The translations under genes were made by a program, and so were the position numbers. The notes under the pieces were generated by a model. That model was not told where the DNA came from and did not search any database. It saw only the letters and a program-made list of their open reading frames with translations. DNA of 56,329 nucleotides from Phoronis australis (taxonomy: Eukaryota > Animalia > Phoronida). The stretch covers positions 336,194 to 392,522 of the forward strand of contig NMRA01000316.1 in assembly GCA_002633005.1 (NCBI GenBank), written 5' to 3'. Below, one piece after another: positions 51,307-56,329 of this stretch; positions within the stretch are counted from its first letter, which is position 1, and every line of letters begins with the position of its first letter.

Positions 51307-51835
51307 ACAAAGTCTGGGGAAATGGCGGTGGTTCTTCGGGTGCGAACCGTGAGTGGCGCGTTCATTTAAACTTTTTTCGAGTACGGATCGTGTATTAGTT
51401 ATGGGGTAGGTACTTCTTGGATCCTTATAACATCCTCTAACCATGTAATAAGGGTTAACAACGTGTGAGACCAGGACTTTAAGTGGCAGACATCACTACC
51501 ATCACGGAAAGGAAATTTTCGAGACAAGTTTGCGAGAGCTGATTTCGTGCTTTCCATTTCAGGTCGTAGTTGGTAATAAAATGCATTTTATCATACAAAA
51601 CTTCCGCCATTCGTACCTGAGGACGATACAAAGTGTGTGAATACCTCATGCCTAAATTCGAGCCATTCCTGACACTCTGATCAGATAATGGCGATTCATA
51701 AGCTACTAGTTAGTGACGCTGTAATAAAACGTTGGTGCAGGTGGTTTGTGGAACAATACTCAAAATTGCATTTCGTCCTGTTTAGCCGGAAAAAGAAATT
51801 GAATTTGTTCCTTTACTCTCATCAAATCTGCATAC

Positions 51836-51928
51836 TTACCCGAGATCTCTAAATTTCTTCTGACCTTTAACACGCCAAGAAAATTTGAAAAGACCAACGT
51901 TGCCAGCGTCCTCGTTTGTCACATACAC
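51836..51928 (-). CDS. DFPase-like (SMP-30/gluconolactonase family) beta-propeller, C-terminal exon
   Basis: Acceptor ggtttcag|GTG. Encodes VYVTNEDAGNVGLFKFSWRVKGQKKFRDLG*, matching squid DFPase IFVTEHENNAVWKFEWQRNGKKQY (recalled). Phase 0 matches the upstream exon. Too short for the ORF track. Confidence 0.8.
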   Translation of the reverse strand: MYVTNEDAGNVGLFKFSWRVKGQKKFRDLG

Positions 51929-52421
51929 CTGAAACCAACATTCCACATAATCAAGTATGGGCGGATCCAGTGTAGTGTTCGAGGAGTCTGACAAGAGACA
52001 AGCAAAGAGCTTGAGATACCTTCATTGCAGCAACGTAAAAGTGACCGAGGAGGCCGTGTAGACCACAGAACCCGTGGAACCCCTTCTCCATGAATCCTCA
52101 TGTGTGACAGCGAGTGCCACGTTCACTTTTACAAAGTCGCGCAAAACTTTGCCGCCATGCCCTTGTAAAATCACACTTGTTAAACGGGAGATCTCGCGAG
52201 GCTGCTTCGCCAGTAACTAAATGAGCTGAATAACTGGCTTCTTTTGCCGAAAGGTCGCGAGACGCCCCTTTGGCGTTATAAGGGATCGGCGAAAATGCCG
52301 TGTTGATAAGCTTCACTGAACCAGATTGGAAACCAACGACTTCAGCGCTCGCAGTCCGACACTTAGTACCAATATATTGCCAACAGCATGTACATTGTGA
52401 GCCTGTGTAGCAGAGCACTAA

Positions 52422-52747
52422 TACCCCCGTCAAACCAAAGCCACGGTGCCACTGCGGTCTTTAGTCAAAACCGCCATCACCATAGTGACACCGCCAGTAG
52501 TGTTTCATAGTTTTCCCCTACCAGTCACACATGCGTTTTTCATCGCGCCACGGGATCGCTGTAGGGTCACCAGTCTACATATTGTACGTTTTCGGAGATT
52601 GAGGTTGTACTGCGAAAGCACGGCGGCGATGGAGGTGCTACTGCGGTCTTTTTGCGGTGCCACGGCGGTCATAACGTTGTCGCAGCGATCCCAATGCGGA
52701 TTCGCCCAACCTGCAGTCGCAGCATCTCCGGTGTGACGCGGGGCGTA
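52422..52747. mobile_element. PIF/Harbinger-like MITE in the DFPase-like intron
   Basis: Imperfect TIRs tacccccgtcaaacc and ggtgtgacgcggggcgta, flanked by taa and tta. GC-rich body with internal repeats (cacgg.g.c, actgcggtct). Confidence 0.5.
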
Positions 52748-53779
52748 TTAAAAGCGTATTGAAATAGATGGAAGCAACATCAGGAATCAGCGTAAAATCT
52801 CCTAATATGAAGACTTTTGTTAAAATTTGCCAAGTTTAATCTCACTGAGAAATGGCCGATCGGATTCATATGAATATTTCAGATACTATGCGTAACGCGC
52901 TGCTCCACAATACGCTATTGGAACTGTTTTTGAAATGTTCCACATTTGCACAAACGGCTATTGAAATAGAACTGTGATCACGTGCTTATCTTGAAAAAAC
53001 TCAAACGCTGCACCAAAAAGAATAAAAATTGACATTCTATGAAACTGTAAAAGCGTTTTTCAGATCTCCCTTCGAATACTTGTATCACAAAAAATGCATC
53101 ATGACATTGAAACTGTTTTTTTTTACTATAAGTGTAACTTTCTTTTCTACTAAATTTTACTGAAAAGGCATCATGGTCATGTGACAGAATTGCTGTCAAG
53201 TGTATGATCGCATGGATTGTAATAGACTCAGTAGTATCAGCAGAAGAGTATGTAATAAAACTACATGTATTATCCTCCTTCAGACTAGTATTATCCTTGG
53301 ACCGCGTTCTCGCACTGTGTCGCGCATTCAACGTTCCTAACCGAACAGAATGCCTTTCACTGCTAGCACATCAACATGATAAAAATATAATTCTGCAGGC
53401 TTTCTACTTCCAGAAAAGTTTACCGAGTTTAGAAAATTTTTAGATTTGGCTGAATACGCAGACTTTTCAATAAGGTCTTGCATAAACTTAAATGTTTGTA
53501 CACTGAAATCGGGGACACGGAATTTCATGAAAGTGGTAGGTAACGACGGACCTTGGAGATAAGAGTTCTGTGGATTTTGTCCCGCGGCGCTAAAGGCGTC
53601 ATGACAACTACATGTAACTGCACAGCGCGCCAAAAGCTTTCCATTTGGGGAGCTATACGCGTAAAAAAGTAATTGCAGGCGGTCTGGTACACGTTGCACA
53701 GAGCGCAGGCCGCGCATGTGGGACTATTGAACTGATCACCTGAAACTATTTTTGTGCTTTGTTAATATATAGTTGAAAC

Positions 53780-53891
53780 CGTACCGAGCTCAACCTGACT
53801 CAAAGGTCTAGCTGTGTGGTCCAGTGGAACTCGAACCCTCGACCTCGAGTAAAGAAGTAGGGCATCTATCACACTAGGCCACATTACCTCC
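53780..53891 (-). mobile_element. tRNA-derived SINE head
   Basis: Minus strand has an A-box-like tggcctagtg and a B-box ggttcgagttcc (53837-53826) at tRNA-like spacing. Confidence 0.5.
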
Positions 53892-54790
53892 TCAGCTATA
53901 CAAGTACATGTAGGTCATATGTCAGGTTATGCAACAAGATGGCGATGGTGTTCCACTTATCTTTTCCAAGCTCGTCAAGTGGCACTAAACAGTTAGACTG
54001 CAGCCGCGGCCAATCTGCACTGCCAAAACATCAAAATCTAGAGATAGGCCAGGTTTGGGGGTATCTTTAGTTAAAATAGGTGTTGTATGTAGGCCAAGTG
54101 CAGTGAATGTGGTTTGTTTTTATTTGGGAACGTGCTGAGAATGAAAAAAGACCACTTACTCGGCTGTAGCTGCACTCTTCTTCAAGATGGCGACACCCTG
54201 TTGCGCACTCAATTGTGCATTGCTGGGTAGCTCTTGAGAAGTTGGCCGCAATTTCACGTAGTCCTCAAACAAGCCAGATTTGCATAAAAACTAGTTGGCT
54301 GACTGTACTTTTGGATCAAATTTTTGGAATTGGTAGGAAATAAGCTTTCCGAATCTAGTACGTGTTGGCTTTAGTCGATCGGCGAGCATCGGCATAGAAG
54401 TGGTGGTTTTGGGGTGAAAAGTGCCAATTCTGCGTTTTTGCCATTTTTTTTTCTTAGTCTAACTTAAGTTGGTTTTCAGTAAGAGTGAAAGGGTCAAAAA
54501 TACAAGAGAGAACAAAGTTTCTGTGAGCTCCTGTGTAGGGCTTGTGATGTGAAATGACTCAAAACTTTTCTTTCTTTGCATGCAGTTCTTGATAGAGTAA
54601 AGAAAGGGTGATGATTTCATTGACGAGTGTTCTGATAGGCATACCCCGGGCCCTAATTATTTTATACAAATTCTAGCGACCACGACCCAGGACTAATCTC
54701 GGGCCGTGAGTCGGTAAAAACTGTACAGGTACTTGATCGCAGCGCCACCATACGACACTTGAGCACGAGACCTCAGTGTACAGTGTATAC

Positions 54791-54969
54791 CTTATTTGTG
54801 CCAGGCTTGAATTCGAGATTAGTGATTTTCGTTATGCCAGGTAATTCGATGCGATCGATAGGTGCACCACCTTGGGGCCCAAACACCTCAACGGATCCTT
54901 CGTCATTGTTGCAGACCAAAAGATTCCCTTCATCATCAAAGTCAATGCCATCAAATCCACCGACACCAC
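54791..54969 (-). CDS. DFPase-like (SMP-30/gluconolactonase family) beta-propeller, internal exon; 5' exons outside the window
   Basis: Acceptor ttacattaccag|gt, donor aag|gtatac. Encodes GGVGGFDGIDFDDEGNLLVCNNDEGSVEVFGPQGGAPIDRIELPGITKITNLEFKPGTNK versus squid DFPase EGGADGMDFDEDNNLLVANWGSSHIEVFGPDGGQPKMRIRCPFEKPSNLHFKPQTK (recalled). Confidence 0.88.
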
Positions 54970-56329
54970 CTGGTAATGTAATAACATAAATGAAAATTTG
55001 TTGCACCTTGAAATACCTCATCTTTTTAGTTCATCACATGCATGCTTAAAGTTCGAGGTGACTGCAAACGAGTAATGAGAAAGTACATCAAGAAGAATAT
55101 TTTCGTAAACATACATCTGTTTGCAATTCAAATAATCGAAGAAAGGAAGGCTTTCGCCGGCGATTATTTTACGAAATGACGTACAAGACATCGGAATTCT
55201 GGGACAACATGTTAGTTTCATGACCTGCGTCACAAATGGGACCAAGTTGAATGGTTTCAGCCGTCGACGTAGTCTAATCCAGGCAGTGGATTAAAAGATT
55301 GAAAGGTCCTATCCGCTTAGTATGTCAAAACGGATTAATACTAATTATTACCTATTGTAAGAATAAATCCACTTTTCTAAACTTGGGGAGAACTGTCGAT
55401 ATCGGTGAAGCAGCAACAGAGGGTCACGTGTGGCACTACACGCAGGCGCTTGCGCAATTCAACTCGCCAGTCGGCATAGAAGTTTTATGCAACCTCTGTT
55501 GAGCTGCTGTGCTTGAACTTGGAATTCCACGTGATCCCAAGATCGTGAATGCGTGAATTAGGAATAACCGAGGACCTTGGAAAGTTCACTCAAATTATAA
55601 TGTTTACGTTGATGAAACTTTGCTCTGCACTAAAGCAAATTCCATGTTTAACATGAAACAATGTATATTTTAACCAACTTAATATTTATTGTTTTTTTCA
55701 ACTATTGTCGATCTTGAGGGCCAAACAATATTTGGTTAATCATTCGCAAGTTCCTCCTTTTCGGTGATACAAGTTCTGGTGAATGAGAAAATGGGTGATG
55801 GTCGGTGGGACCGAAGTACAAAGTTAACATTCTTAACACTGAACAAAAAATCACCTGATCGCATAACGCAAAGTTGTCGTGAGGACTCGATTGGGACCTC
55901 AGGGGTCTCACGCTCCACCGGCTAAATTGAAAAGGCTTTGTCCAGTCACGCGTTGTGGGTCATAAATCGAGATAATGATACCAACAGCTGACGCGAGAAG
56001 CAGAACTACTTTCTTTTACTTCATTTGTGCACTAACTGGAGAAATTTAGAATTAGACTTTTAAACACTATCCGATCGTCAACTTTTTTCGGGAGACTTAA
56101 ATCTCAATGTAGTTTGCGCAAAGACGATGTGCAATTTTTGGAGGTGTATTGACGATGATCAACGTTAAAACGGAGAGTAAATAAGTGCGTAATTGATCAT
56201 CCAATCGGTAGTTTTGCGAGAAAGCGACGACCTTGCCGAAATTGAATAACGGAAACCCTTGAAAATCATTATAAGCGCGAAAGAGAAAACAAATATTTTC
56301 TGACGTTTAGGCTCATTAACTTTGAGTAA

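Larger units (their letters stand above)
48817..51478. mobile_element. Kolobok-like non-autonomous DNA transposon
   Basis: Perfect 13-bp TIR agtcctggtctca / tgagaccaggact flanked on both sides by TTAA (48813-48816, 51479-51482). A purine-purine TIR start with a TTAA TSD fits Kolobok rather than piggyBac. Confidence 0.7.

Noticed and set aside
53991-54467. Possible small TTAA element (gttagact / agtctaac-ttaa), and similar weak TIR pairs at 23971/24717 and 621/706
   Set aside because: The matches are short or imperfect and a TSD is present on at most one side, which is insufficient support.
54774-54787. 7-bp tandem duplication (CAGTGTA x2) that looked like a frameshift pseudogenising the DFPase-like gene
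   Set aside because: It lies just inside the intron after the aag|gtatac donor, and a better-matching in-frame C-terminal exon exists at 51928-51836.
55299-56329. Further upstream DFPase-like exons
   Set aside because: Minus-strand translations I examined show no similarity to the expected preceding blade, and part of the region is repeat family D.

Overview
Eukaryotic, intron-rich, AT-rich genomic DNA from a bilaterian invertebrate, most plausibly a marine lophotrochozoan such as a mollusc (inference from gene and repeat content). There is one assembly gap (26672-26966). Four protein-coding loci can be reconstructed from splice signals: (1) the last four exons of a 12-finger C2H2 zinc-finger gene (+, 1320-10023); (2) a TRC8/RNF139-RNF145-family membrane RING-H2 E3 ligase with two coding exons (+, 18275-18416 and 27884-29883, 713 aa; the first 83 aa of the listed 749-aa ORF are intronic); (3) an orphan 293-aa single-exon ORF (+, 41198-42079); (4) the 3' exons of a squid-DFPase-like SMP-30/gluconolactonase beta-propeller gene (-, 54969-54791 and 51928-51836). 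The rest is transposon-rich. The most striking non-coding signals are: a Helentron/HINE (pearl/DINE-1-like) element family whose ~147-bp internal subunits each carry a co-oriented CTCF-consensus motif (about 30 sites, with one copy nested in another); about 26 TACATGTA octamers, three of which align to a plain TA in a sister repeat copy and so look like Tc1/mariner excision footprints; and a 90-bp palindrome apparently made by template switching. All alignments and counts were done by eye and no database searches were run.
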